NCBI GenBank assembly: GCA_964467715.1 | Contig: CAYXTJ010000002.1 | Span: 1 to 57,311, forward strand | Source: an uncultured Sphingomonadaceae bacterium | GTDB taxonomy: Bacteria; Pseudomonadota; Alphaproteobacteria; Sphingomonadales; Sphingomonadaceae | Reading direction: 5' to 3' | DNA length: 57,311 bases | In this document: positions 30,830-40,308 of the stretch, piece after piece | Layout: every line of letters begins with the position of its first letter | Position numbering within the stretch: the first letter of the stretch is position 1 | Translations under genes and position numbers: made by a program | Notes under the pieces: generated by a model | Told to the model about the DNA's origin: nothing | The model's input: the letters and a program-made list of their open reading frames with translations, nothing else | Database searches by the model: none

Positions 30830-30922
30830 TTCAGCCGCGCTATCGTTCCAGAACAACCTTTTCCTACAAAGACTTGGAACATCTAACGCGCACCTCGAAC
30901 CCAACCATGGAGAGGTCGCCCG

Positions 30923-31519
30923 ATGGCTCGCAAATCCCTGTTCGATATTGTCCGCAACATGCTTCCCGCACCGGCCGAGAAGAGCGCCGCTGGCGAGGCG
31001 GAATTTCTGCTTCAGGACATTGTTCCATGTGTTCCAAAAGTTAACGCGAGCGCCCCGCCGCGCAGGATCGGGAGCGAAGGCATCGCGCTGGTCAAACAGT
31101 TCGAAGGCTGCGCAAAGCGGCGCGGGCACGGGAGGTTCGAAGCCTATCCCGATCCCGCAACCGGCGGCGATCCCTGGACCATCGGCTGGGGCGCAACCGG
31201 CATTGGTATTGCGCGCGGCACCGTGTGGTCGCAGGCAGAATGCGATGCGCGGCTGGAAGCGGACCTCGCGCGTTTTGCGGCGGACGTCGCGCGTGCGCTT
31301 GGCGATGCCCCCACCAGCCAGCACCAGTTCGATGCGCTGGTGAGCTTCCACTACAACACCGGCGCGATTGCCCGTGCGACCCTCACCCGCAAGCACAAGG
31401 CAGGCGATTTCGCTGGCGCTGCGCGCGAGTTTGATCGCTGGGTCTATGCCGCTGGCCAGGTGATGAAGGGGCTGGTCAGGCGGCGCGCGGCCGAAGCTGC
31501 GCTTTATCGCAAGGCCTAA
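30923..31519 (+). CDS. Lysozyme, GH24 (phage-type muramidase)
   Basis: RBS GGAGAGG; GIALVKQFEG...AYPD...WTIGWG (Glu/Asp/Thr), QFDALVSFHYNTG, GLVRRRAAEAALY. Confidence 0.92.
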   Translation: MARKSLFDIVRNMLPAPAEKSAAGEAEFLLQDIVPCVPKVNASAPPRRIGSEGIALVKQFEGCAKRRGHGRFEAYPDPATGGDPWTIGWGATGIGIARGTVWSQAECDARLEADLARFAADVARALGDAPTSQHQFDALVSFHYNTGAIARATLTRKHKAGDFAGAAREFDRWVYAAGQVMKGLVRRRAAEAALYRKA

Positions 31520-34500
31520 TAATCGCGGCTGACCTCGACAGCGGCAAAGCCTCTGCCCACCGTGCTCAGCGATCCCAATAGCGAGAGCCAGCTCGTCACG
31601 CGGAACTCCAGCTCGGTGGCGTTATAGCCCTGCCCGTCAGTGATCAGCTCGGCATAGAGCTTGCGGGTGATGTTCTTTCCCAGCGCCACGGAAGTGCCGC
31701 GATCCAGCGCCGGGTCCGCGGCCACGATGCGCAACCGGTCGAGCCCGATGGCGGTGCGCAGCTGGTTGATCGGGTCGATCCCGCCGCCGCCGCGCAAGCT
31801 GGCAAGCGCTGCGCCCAGCTGAACCGCGTCGGTGGCGGAAAGGTCCGTCAGCGAACCGCCAAACAGCATGCGAGCGAGCAGTTCCTCCTGCGGCAAGGCA
31901 GGCACAGAGGAGAAGGTGATTTCCGGCGCGCTGGCGCTGCCGCGAACGGTCACGTCGATATCAAGGCCGTTGACGTCGCTTTCCGCCACCAGGTCCAGCC
32001 GCGGATCGGGCGGCGCGCTTTCGTCAAAGGCAATGCGTCCGCGAGTGAGTTCGAAGCGGGTGCCGGCGAAGGTGTAGAAGCTTTGTCGCGGAACGGTGCG
32101 CACCTCGCCGCCGATGCGCGGGTCTGCCGTGGTGCCGCGCAGGCGCAGTTCGCCGCTCCATTCGCTGTCGAGGCCCATGCCGTCAACCTCGATGCCGCGC
32201 GTGGCATTGACGTTGATGAGATAACGCCAGGGCCGGGCGGCGCGAGCGGCGGGCGCGACATCTACCGGCAGGTTGATCTCCTCGATGGCGATATCGGGCA
32301 GGTCCACCGCCTCGTCTGCGCTGGCCAGCCGCCATTCGGCGCTGCGCACGTCCAGCCGCCCGGCGATCGTGCCGCCCACGCCATCCGAAACGATGCGCAA
32401 GGGGCCGGTCACCGTCGCGCCCATGCCGGGCAGTTGCAGGATGCGGGCGTTGCTGGCGGCGATGCGGATATCCATCTGCGGCCCGCGCTCTGTGCTGATG
32501 TTGGACAGGTCGACAAAGCCGCTGCCGCTGACCGTGCCGCCATTGGGCGATGTGCCGGCAAAACGCGTCAATTGCAGGCGAGAGCCGTCGAAGCGCCCGC
32601 TGGCCGCAACGCCGGAAATATCGGTGCCGGTCAGCGCACTCTGCACCTGCAGATCATCGCCCTGCAGCGATCCGCGCACCTGCGGATTGCCGAGCGTGCC
32701 GCGGACATTGGCGGCCAGATCCAGCCGCCCGCTGATATCGATCAGGTCCAGCGCGGCAAGCCGCCACAGGGCCTCTGCCGGACCTGCATAGCGCAGCTGG
32801 GCAAACAGGTCTCCGGCATAGAGCCGCTCGCCGAGAGCGCCCTGCTGCGGCAGGTCGGCAATGCGGGCGTTGAGCTGCCCGTCAATGCTGCCGCCATTGT
32901 TCATCACCGCCCGCGCCTGCAGCAGGCTGGGCGACAGGTCGATCACTGCGGAAAGGTCCATCGGCCGCGAGGTGAGGATCAGGCCGGAGCGCGTCAGGTC
33001 GTCGAGTTGCAGCCGCGCCTGTCCGGTGGGCAGGCCGCTGTCGCTCTGGCCGAAGTCCACCGTGCCGGAAATCGTGCCGCCAAGGCCAAGGCCATCCACC
33101 GCCACATCGGCGAGCGAAAGCGGCAGGTCATTCAGGCTGAGGCGACCTTCACTGCCCTGCTCCCCGCCAAAGCGCCCGCGCAGCACGGCAAAGCCGCCGC
33201 CATAGCCAAGCTGGCTGCGCTGCAGTTCCCAGCCGCCATCCTCTGTGCGATCCAGCACCGCGCGGCGCGGCATGGTGATCGCTTCACCGGCATAGGACCC
33301 GCGCGCAGCGAGCGCGATACGGCTCGTATCCGCCTCGCCGTTGAGGAGCAATTCGAAGCGGCTGCCGCGCCGCCCGGCAAGGGCAGCGTTGAAAGTGCCC
33401 ACCCCGCCGCGCAGCTGTGCGTCTGCTGCCATACGGCCAAGGAAGAAATTGCCCCACGAAAGGCCCTGCGCGCTCATCTCGCCTTCAACCGTGGTGGCAT
33501 CGCCGCCGATGAAGCCGCGCATGTCCACATCGGCGCGCGCAAGCAGCAGCGGGGTTTCGCCGCCAAAGCGGGCATCGCGCGCCGTGAGGTCCACATCGAA
33601 GGCCTGCCCGCCCGGGCGCGCAGCAAGGCCGATGCGGCCGTTCACACCGCCGCGCGAGAGGTCAAGCCGCCCGGAAACACCGCCTTCCACCAGCCGCAAG
33701 TCCCCCGCAAGGCGCGTTTCCGCCACATCGAGCCGACGCACGCCGATCACCGCCTCGCCTTCTTCCGGCAGGACGAGGTCGATCAGCCCGTCAAACGGAC
33801 CAAGCAGCGATCCGCCCGAAGTCTCGATGGAGAAACCGTCATCGCTCGGCGCAAGCGCAACACGCACGTCCTTCAACCCGGCTGCAGGCAGCGGATTGGC
33901 GAGCACCAGATCTGCCGTGGGGCCATTGGCGGCAAGCCGCGCCTCGCCTTCGAACGGGCCATATTCCACATGGCTGCCGGTGAAGGTGAGCAGCGTTTCA
34001 TCACCCACAAGACGCCCGTCGATCTGCGCGTCGAGGCTGTTGCCCTTCACCGCCATGTTGGCGAAGCTGAGCGGCGCGGTTTCGCTGACCGCGAGATCGC
34101 CCGCAAATGTGACATTGCCGCCGGTCAGCGTTTCCACGGTGTTGTTGTCAATTCGCTGCATCCTGCCGCGCAGGTCTGCTGTCAGCGTCCACGGTGCGCC
34201 GCCGCCAATGGCAAAGTCTATCCGCGTTGCGGCATCGACCACGCCCATGCCATCGAACACGAGGTCCTGCGCATTGACCGGGCCGGACAGGCGGAAGCGA
34301 CCGCTCTCGAAATTGCCGCGCAGGCCCAGCCGCGCGTCGAGACCGGGGAAGTCGATCGCAAGGTCATCCGAATTGAGGCTGGTCCCGGCAAAGGTCAGCG
34401 TGCCGCCGAGGCGCCCGTTCACCAATCGCGGATCGAACAGCTCGATCCCGCTGGTGACGCGCGCCACGCTCGCATCCAGCGGCAGCACCAGCCGGCCATC

Positions 34501-35718
34501 CTCCAGCCGAGCTGTGCCCTGCTGGAAAAGGCTGTCGAGCGCCATCTCTCCCGCCGTGATCCTGCCGATGCGCAGCTCATGCGGGAAGCGCTCGTCTGTG
34601 AACTTGCCGTCGAGCAGGATATCCAGCTCTGCATCTTGCAGCGTGACTGCTGGCCCGAACAGCGCGGAATCGAGCAAGCGGCCTTCCAGCTGCATCTGGC
34701 GGAAGGCGTTGTCGGCAAGGTCGATGCCGCCGCTGCCATCAAGGTCCACGCCCTGCCCGCGCAAGGCGAAGCTGCCCTGGATAATGCTGTCCTGCAAAGT
34801 GCCGGTGGCGGTGAAGGCCACGCTTTCGCCAAGCGCGCTTTGCGTCACGCCATCGACATAGGCATCGGGGAAAGCCTGGCCCACGAGGCGGTATTGGCCG
34901 GTTTTGTTGTAGATATCGAAATCGAGCAGTGGCGCCCCGCCCTGCTGGGCCAGCAAGTCACCCTTCCACGATGTCCAGTTGCCATCACCGGCAATTTGCA
35001 CAAGCAGGTCTTCCTCTGCACCAACCAGTCCAGCGAGGAAGCCGCCTGCGGGCGCGCGCCAGTCAAGATCGAGATCGAAGACATCGCCATCGGGATTGGC
35101 ATCGACGAGCAGCGTGAACACGTCCTCGCCGCCAAACTCGCCTTCGGCATCCACGAACACCCGGCCCTTACGGATATCCGCCTCGCTGCGGAACTGGATC
35201 ACCCGCTCCTCGCCCAGCACGCCTTTGGCCACGGTCAGGTCCTCGATCAACAGCCGGTCCACACGGATTTCGAAATCGGGGAGGATCGGCGCGTCGGGAT
35301 CGCCGGGGATCAATTCCGGCATGGCGTAAAGCGTGCCGCCGCTGATCACGAGGTGGCGCACGTCGAGGCCGGAAAAGAGCCATTTCCACGGCCGCCAGTT
35401 GAGGTCCACCCGCGGCACTTCGAGGAACAGCGTGTCTTCCGCATCGCGCAGCTTCACATCGTTGAAGCTGGCGCTCCACAGCACCGAGCCGTCAATCGAG
35501 CCGACCTCTACCGCCAGGCCCGAAGCCGGTGCGACCTTGGCGATCTGGTCAACGATGAACTGGCGGCCGGGCGGGGTGTGGAGGAACACCACCAGCGCCA
35601 GCAAGGCCACGCCGATGATGCCGAACACCCAGGCGAAGGCGCGCGCCACCCGGCGCGGCCTGCTGCGGCGGCGGCCTGCGCCGTTGTCGGGCGCGATATC
35701 AGCCGGCTCGCCGGCCAT
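31516..35718 (-). CDS. tamB: Translocation and assembly module TamB
   Basis: 1400 aa, N-terminal TM anchor, Gly-rich beta repeats, C-terminal DUF490-type region (FSSVPALPQEELLARMLFG, GLDRL); downstream of tamA. Confidence 0.93.
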   Translation of the reverse strand: MAGEPADIAPDNGAGRRRSRPRRVARAFAWVFGIIGVALLALVVFLHTPPGRQFIVDQIAKVAPASGLAVEVGSIDGSVLWSASFNDVKLRDAEDTLFLEVPRVDLNWRPWKWLFSGLDVRHLVISGGTLYAMPELIPGDPDAPILPDFEIRVDRLLIEDLTVAKGVLGEERVIQFRSEADIRKGRVFVDAEGEFGGEDVFTLLVDANPDGDVFDLDLDWRAPAGGFLAGLVGAEEDLLVQIAGDGNWTSWKGDLLAQQGGAPLLDFDIYNKTGQYRLVGQAFPDAYVDGVTQSALGESVAFTATGTLQDSIIQGSFALRGQGVDLDGSGGIDLADNAFRQMQLEGRLLDSALFGPAVTLQDAELDILLDGKFTDERFPHELRIGRITAGEMALDSLFQQGTARLEDGRLVLPLDASVARVTSGIELFDPRLVNGRLGGTLTFAGTSLNSDDLAIDFPGLDARLGLRGNFESGRFRLSGPVNAQDLVFDGMGVVDAATRIDFAIGGGAPWTLTADLRGRMQRIDNNTVETLTGGNVTFAGDLAVSETAPLSFANMAVKGNSLDAQIDGRLVGDETLLTFTGSHVEYGPFEGEARLAANGPTADLVLANPLPAAGLKDVRVALAPSDDGFSIETSGGSLLGPFDGLIDLVLPEEGEAVIGVRRLDVAETRLAGDLRLVEGGVSGRLDLSRGGVNGRIGLAARPGGQAFDVDLTARDARFGGETPLLLARADVDMRGFIGGDATTVEGEMSAQGLSWGNFFLGRMAADAQLRGGVGTFNAALAGRRGSRFELLLNGEADTSRIALAARGSYAGEAITMPRRAVLDRTEDGGWELQRSQLGYGGGFAVLRGRFGGEQGSEGRLSLNDLPLSLADVAVDGLGLGGTISGTVDFGQSDSGLPTGQARLQLDDLTRSGLILTSRPMDLSAVIDLSPSLLQARAVMNNGGSIDGQLNARIADLPQQGALGERLYAGDLFAQLRYAGPAEALWRLAALDLIDISGRLDLAANVRGTLGNPQVRGSLQGDDLQVQSALTGTDISGVAASGRFDGSRLQLTRFAGTSPNGGTVSGSGFVDLSNISTERGPQMDIRIAASNARILQLPGMGATVTGPLRIVSDGVGGTIAGRLDVRSAEWRLASADEAVDLPDIAIEEINLPVDVAPAARAARPWRYLINVNATRGIEVDGMGLDSEWSGELRLRGTTADPRIGGEVRTVPRQSFYTFAGTRFELTRGRIAFDESAPPDPRLDLVAESDVNGLDIDVTVRGSASAPEITFSSVPALPQEELLARMLFGGSLTDLSATDAVQLGAALASLRGGGGIDPINQLRTAIGLDRLRIVAADPALDRGTSVALGKNITRKLYAELITDGQGYNATELEFRVTSWLSLLGSLSTVGRGFAAVEVSRDY

Positions 35719-37898
35719 CAGAAAGCCTGCCCCAGCGCGACATAGACAGCGACGGGCGCATCATTGGGGCCGGGGTTGAGCGGCGCTGCCACGTCCAGCC
35801 GGATGGGGCCGAAATTGGTCTGGTAGCGAATACCGATACCGGCACCGAACTTCATGTTGCCAAAGCCGGGCAGCGCATCCTCGCTGACGCTGCCTGCATC
35901 GATGAAAGGCACCACGCCGATTGCGCCGTCCATCAGGCCGGTCTGGACGCGCGCTTCCAGCGAGAATTCGACAGCAGAGCGCCCGCCGCTGGGATCGCCC
36001 AGATCGTTGCGCGGCCCGATCTCGCGATAGCCATAGCCGCGCACCGATCCGCCGCCACCGGCATAGATGCGGCGCGAAGGGGCAATATCGGCGATCGACG
36101 CGCCGGGGATGGAGCTCACCCGCGTGCGCCCGGCGATCACTACATTGTTGCCCACCTGCTGGTAGTAACTCGCATCGAACTGGTTGCGGACATAGAAGCT
36201 TTGCGAGCCATTGTTGTCGCTGATTTCGGGCGAGATGCGGCCGCCGATGCGGAAACCCTTGGTGGGATCGAGCAGATCGTCGCTGGTGTCGATCTGCGCA
36301 TGGACCGGCAATGCCGCGATCAGGAAGGTCTCGCGCGGGCCGAGAATGCCATTGGCATCAGCCTCGCGCTCGCCAGTGGCGACCAGTTCGAGGCCCAAGC
36401 CCCAGCTCAGCGGCTTCTGGAACAGCAGCGTGCTCACCCGCTCGTAATTCGTCACGAGAGACACGGTGCGCGCGTCGTAGGCATCATAATCCAGCGTGCT
36501 GGCGAAGGCATCCACCGTCAGGATGCGGTCGCGCCGGCGGAAGTTGTTCTTGCGGAAGGTGACGCCGAGCAACTGCTCCTGCGTCCCGGCGATGCCGCGC
36601 ACGCGCAGCATGCCTTCTGGCGGGAAGAGATTGCGGTGCTCCCAGCTTGCCGCGACGCGCACGCCTTCCTCTGTGCTATAGCCGAGCGAACCGGCAATGG
36701 TGCGCAAGGGAGCGCGGGTCAGCTCGACATTCATGTCCACCGTGCCCGGCTCGCCATCCTGCGGCGGCGCGGCTTCGACCGGGGTCACGCTGACCGAGCC
36801 GACCAGCCCGGTGGCAAGGATTGCCCGGCGCAGGTCTGTCGCATCGCTGAGATTGTGTGTTTCGCCGGGTTCAAAGCGTGCAATGCGTGACAGATGGCGG
36901 GAAGACAGGAAGTCCTCGTCATCGCTGACAATCGCACCGAAGGAATATTTGCCGCCGGGCGAGACGGGCAGGGTGACATCGCCTTCCTGCCGCGAGTGGT
37001 CCACCAGCATGCTGGGTTCGCCCACCTCGGCAAAGGGATAGCCGTTTTCGCCAAGCGCGAGGTCAAGGTCGAGGCGCTCGTTCACGATGGTATCGATCGA
37101 GATGGGATCGCCAGGGAAGACCTCGTACTGCGCGCGCAGCATGTCAAAGTCAGCACCGGTTGTGGCAAGGTCGCCCGTGTCCACCGCACCCACGGTGAAG
37201 CGGTTGCCGGGAATAATCTCGAAACGCACCAGCGGCCTGTCCGATGCACCATCATCGCGGCCTTCCGGGGCGAGCACGCTGCGGATCACCTGATTGTCGA
37301 AATAACCATAGGTGCGCAGCATCCGCTGCAGCAATTCCTCGTCAGCACGGGCCTGCGCGGCAAGGCGGGCCTGGCTGCCGTCGGCATCAAGGCTGTCGAT
37401 GGCGGAAAGCGCCTCGAACCGCTTGATGAATTCATTGCGCAGCGGGAACAACGCCTCGTCCGCCGGGAACACCAGCACCAGCTCGCGCGAGAGGCGGTTC
37501 TCGCTGCCTTCGGGCAGTGGCGGGATGACGTCCGCGAAATCCTTGAAGTCGATCTGCTCCCCCGGTTCAACCGGATCGACGTCAGCAAGTTCCAGCTCGT
37601 CCACCGGATCGAGCGTGATCAGCGGCATCTCGGCCATGGGCGAATCCACCTCGAGCGGTGGCACCACCTCTTCCGGCGCAGGCATCAGCGGCTGGTCACC
37701 CTCTGCCGCCCAGCCTTCGGGATCGGCCACCGCTTCTTCGGGGATCAGCTCATCGAGGGTGCGGGTATCCTGCGCGGCCAGCGGTTGGGCAAGCAGCACC
37801 ATGCAAGCTGCCAGCGCCGTGGCGCATCGCTTGACGAGAAAGGGTGGAATGGCCCGCTCAGGCGAGCTTGTATTGCTGCTGGTCGGACGGGGCGCCAT
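35718..37898 (-). CDS. tamA: Translocation and assembly module TamA (Omp85 family)
   Basis: POTRA-like region (GYF, GYP), [27 protein letters not shown]-terminal LGQAF. Start uncertain (ATG 37898 or 37802). Confidence 0.9.
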   Translation of the reverse strand: MAPRPTSSNTSSPERAIPPFLVKRCATALAACMVLLAQPLAAQDTRTLDELIPEEAVADPEGWAAEGDQPLMPAPEEVVPPLEVDSPMAEMPLITLDPVDELELADVDPVEPGEQIDFKDFADVIPPLPEGSENRLSRELVLVFPADEALFPLRNEFIKRFEALSAIDSLDADGSQARLAAQARADEELLQRMLRTYGYFDNQVIRSVLAPEGRDDGASDRPLVRFEIIPGNRFTVGAVDTGDLATTGADFDMLRAQYEVFPGDPISIDTIVNERLDLDLALGENGYPFAEVGEPSMLVDHSRQEGDVTLPVSPGGKYSFGAIVSDDEDFLSSRHLSRIARFEPGETHNLSDATDLRRAILATGLVGSVSVTPVEAAPPQDGEPGTVDMNVELTRAPLRTIAGSLGYSTEEGVRVAASWEHRNLFPPEGMLRVRGIAGTQEQLLGVTFRKNNFRRRDRILTVDAFASTLDYDAYDARTVSLVTNYERVSTLLFQKPLSWGLGLELVATGEREADANGILGPRETFLIAALPVHAQIDTSDDLLDPTKGFRIGGRISPEISDNNGSQSFYVRNQFDASYYQQVGNNVVIAGRTRVSSIPGASIADIAPSRRIYAGGGGSVRGYGYREIGPRNDLGDPSGGRSAVEFSLEARVQTGLMDGAIGVVPFIDAGSVSEDALPGFGNMKFGAGIGIRYQTNFGPIRLDVAAPLNPGPNDAPVAVYVALGQAF

Positions 37899-38712
37899 CC
37901 TTCGATCCGCCGTCCACTTCACCTCCAGCAGATTTGCAGCCGGGACGGGAGATGGCATCGACCAGGGCACCCTGATGTTCTTCGGACAGGCGGTGCCAGC
38001 CGTCGGGGCCGAACAGTTCGAGCGGGCGGTAGCGCACCTTGTACTGCATGCGCGGCGAGCCTTCGACCCAGTATCCGAGATAGACATAGGGAAGCCCCGC
38101 TTCCGCCGCACGGCGGATGTGGTCAAGGATAACATAATTTCCAAGCCCGCTGCGTCCCTCGCAATCCGGATCGTAAAAACTGTAAATCATCGACAGGCCG
38201 TCGCCCTGACGATCGGTCAAACAGGCAGCAATCAGGCGGCCGGGGCGTCCCTCGGCGTCAGGCTCCCTGTATTCAATGACAAAACTCGAAACCGAAGTGT
38301 GTTCCACCATATCTGCAAAATCGACCTCATCCATGGCGGCCATGCCACCGCCGGGGTGGCGGCTCTTGAGGTATTTCTGCAGCAGTTCAAACTGTTCCGG
38401 CGTTGCCCAGGGGCGGCATTCGGTAACGATCAGGTCGTCATTGCGGCGCAGCGCCTTGCGCTGGCTGGAGGACGGCTTGAAGGCATCTGCCACCACGCGC
38501 ACGGAAACGCAGGCGCGGCAATCCACGCAGGACGGGCGATAGGCAACAGTCTGGCTGCGGCGAAAGCCGATCCGGCTCAGCGCGTCATGCAATTGTTCTG
38601 CATGAGGGCCCTTCAACTCGGTGAAAACCTTCCGCTCTGTCTTTCCCGGCAGGTACGGGCACGGCGAAGGGCTCGTCACAAAGAAGCGGGGAAATCGAAC
38701 TGGGGCCGTCAC
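37858..38712 (-). CDS. bpt: Aspartate/glutamate leucyltransferase (bacterial ATE-like)
   Basis: [48 protein letters not shown]. Confidence 0.92.
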   Translation of the reverse strand: MTAPVRFPRFFVTSPSPCPYLPGKTERKVFTELKGPHAEQLHDALSRIGFRRSQTVAYRPSCVDCRACVSVRVVADAFKPSSSQRKALRRNDDLIVTECRPWATPEQFELLQKYLKSRHPGGGMAAMDEVDFADMVEHTSVSSFVIEYREPDAEGRPGRLIAACLTDRQGDGLSMIYSFYDPDCEGRSGLGNYVILDHIRRAAEAGLPYVYLGYWVEGSPRMQYKVRYRPLELFGPDGWHRLSEEHQGALVDAISRPGCKSAGGEVDGGSKDGAPSDQQQYKLA

Positions 38713-38922
38713 GACCGGGGCGGTCCTCTCACCTGGAAAATTGATCCTGCGTGCGAATTTCCGAAAGGTATGCCCTACGGACTCGCCACGTCAAACGATC
38801 TTAACCATAATTTGCCCGCGATGCAGGGTTAATTTGCACAGGGCTGTGGACGCCAAGGGGGCAGCCGCCCCGAAACGGGGCACTTCCGGTTGAAATGACT
38901 TAGGGAATCCGCAGCGGGAAGC

Positions 38923-40206
38923 TTACGAAGTACGGTTAAAGCGCGATCCAACATTGCCCTGCAGGGTGATCACGTCGAACTTGTAGCCCGCATCTTCCAG
39001 TGCCTGCAGCAGCCGGTCGCGCGCGCGCTGGTCACGCACTTCATATTCGATATCTGTGCGGATGTTCTTGGCAGACAGATTGCCGAACACGCGCTGGTGC
39101 GTCACCTCGATGATGTTCGCAGAGTAATCCGTAAAGATCTGCGAGATGCGCGACAAAGCGCCCGCACGGTCATCCAGCAGCACACTGACGCGGCCGATGC
39201 GGCCCGAACGCACGAGGTTGCGCAGGATCACATTGGCCAGGAAGCGCTGTTCGATATTGCCGCCGGTCAGGATGATGCCGATCTTCTTGCCGAGGAATTC
39301 CTTGCGCTTGTCGCCATTGCTCTTGGGCAGCAGCGTGGCAAGGCCGGTTGCGCCGGCACCTTCCACCACCGTCTTCTCGATATCGAGCAGCAGGGAAATC
39401 GCCTCTTCGATGGCGGCTTCCTTCACCACGCGCATGTCATCGACCATTTCCATGATCACCTGGCGGGTGAATGCGCCCGGTTCCTTCACGGCAATGCCTT
39501 CAGCCAGCGTCGGCCCGCCCTGCGGCAGCGTGCGCCCGGTGAACAGGTTGTAGAAAGCCGGGAATTCGGCAGTCTGCACACCCATGATCTTGATCTTCGG
39601 GTTGATCGCCTTGGCCGCCGTGGCCACGCCGGAGATCAGCCCGCCACCGCCCACGGGGACGATGATCGTCTCAAGATCGTGCACATCCTCCAGCATTTCC
39701 AGCGCCACCGTGCCTTGCCCCGCCGCAACATGCGGATGATCGAAGGGGTGGACGAAGGTGAGGTTGCGCTCATGCTGCAAGGTGCGGGCATAGGCGCTTG
39801 CCTCGTCAAAGGTCTCGCCTTCCAGCACCACATTGCCGCCCACGCTCTCGGTCATCATCACCTTCACGGTGGGCGTGGTCTTGGGCATCACGATGGTGAC
39901 AGGCACGCCAAGCCGGGTGCCGTGATAGGACAGGCCCTGCGAATGGTTTCCTGCAGACGCCGCGATCACTCCGCGCGCGCGTTCCTCATCACTCAGTTGC
40001 AGCAGCGCGTTCAGCGCGCCGCGCTCCTTGTAGGCGGCGGTATATTGCTGGTTCTCGAACTTCAGCCACACTTCGGCGCCGGTAATCGAGGACAGGGTCT
40101 TGCTGTGCAGAGTTGGCGTGCGCACGACAGAGCCCGCGATCCGCTCTGCAGCGGCGCGGATATCGGCGATGTCGAGCATCCCTTGCAAGGTCCCGGTATC
40201 AGTCAT
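38923..40206 (-). CDS. ilvA: Threonine ammonia-lyase, medium form with one ACT domain
   Basis: LKFEN.Q.T.AYKERGA, ASAGNH, HPFD..V.AGQGT, PVGGGGLISG, EGAGA, GGNI; C-terminal ACT domain (DRAGAL). Confidence 0.88.
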   Translation of the reverse strand: MTDTGTLQGMLDIADIRAAAERIAGSVVRTPTLHSKTLSSITGAEVWLKFENQQYTAAYKERGALNALLQLSDEERARGVIAASAGNHSQGLSYHGTRLGVPVTIVMPKTTPTVKVMMTESVGGNVVLEGETFDEASAYARTLQHERNLTFVHPFDHPHVAAGQGTVALEMLEDVHDLETIIVPVGGGGLISGVATAAKAINPKIKIMGVQTAEFPAFYNLFTGRTLPQGGPTLAEGIAVKEPGAFTRQVIMEMVDDMRVVKEAAIEEAISLLLDIEKTVVEGAGATGLATLLPKSNGDKRKEFLGKKIGIILTGGNIEQRFLANVILRNLVRSGRIGRVSVLLDDRAGALSRISQIFTDYSANIIEVTHQRVFGNLSAKNIRTDIEYEVRDQRARDRLLQALEDAGYKFDVITLQGNVGSRFNRTS

Positions 40207-40308
40207 GGGCGAGGCCTATCGCAGATTTTGGCGCAAGGGAAACCCCACGCGTAGGTTTCCCCTCGCGAAACATTGCCATCAGGTGATTTAGCGGGCAGTC
40301 AAGCGCGC

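Noticed and set aside
29402-31519. Prophage, or a toxin-antitoxin pair formed by the immunity-like gene and the lysozyme
   Set aside because: No integrase, structural, holin or att features. The immunity-like protein lacks an export signal, so it is unlikely to neutralise a periplasm-acting muramidase. The two genes are reported separately.
32083-35745. 1220-aa plus-strand ORF
   Set aside because: Antisense shadow of tamB. High-GC codon bias suppresses stops on the opposite strand, and the translation has no recognisable motif.
37899-38144. N-terminal extension of tamA in the ORF track
   Set aside because: Overlaps the conserved coding region of bpt; the signal-peptide-like segment starts further downstream.
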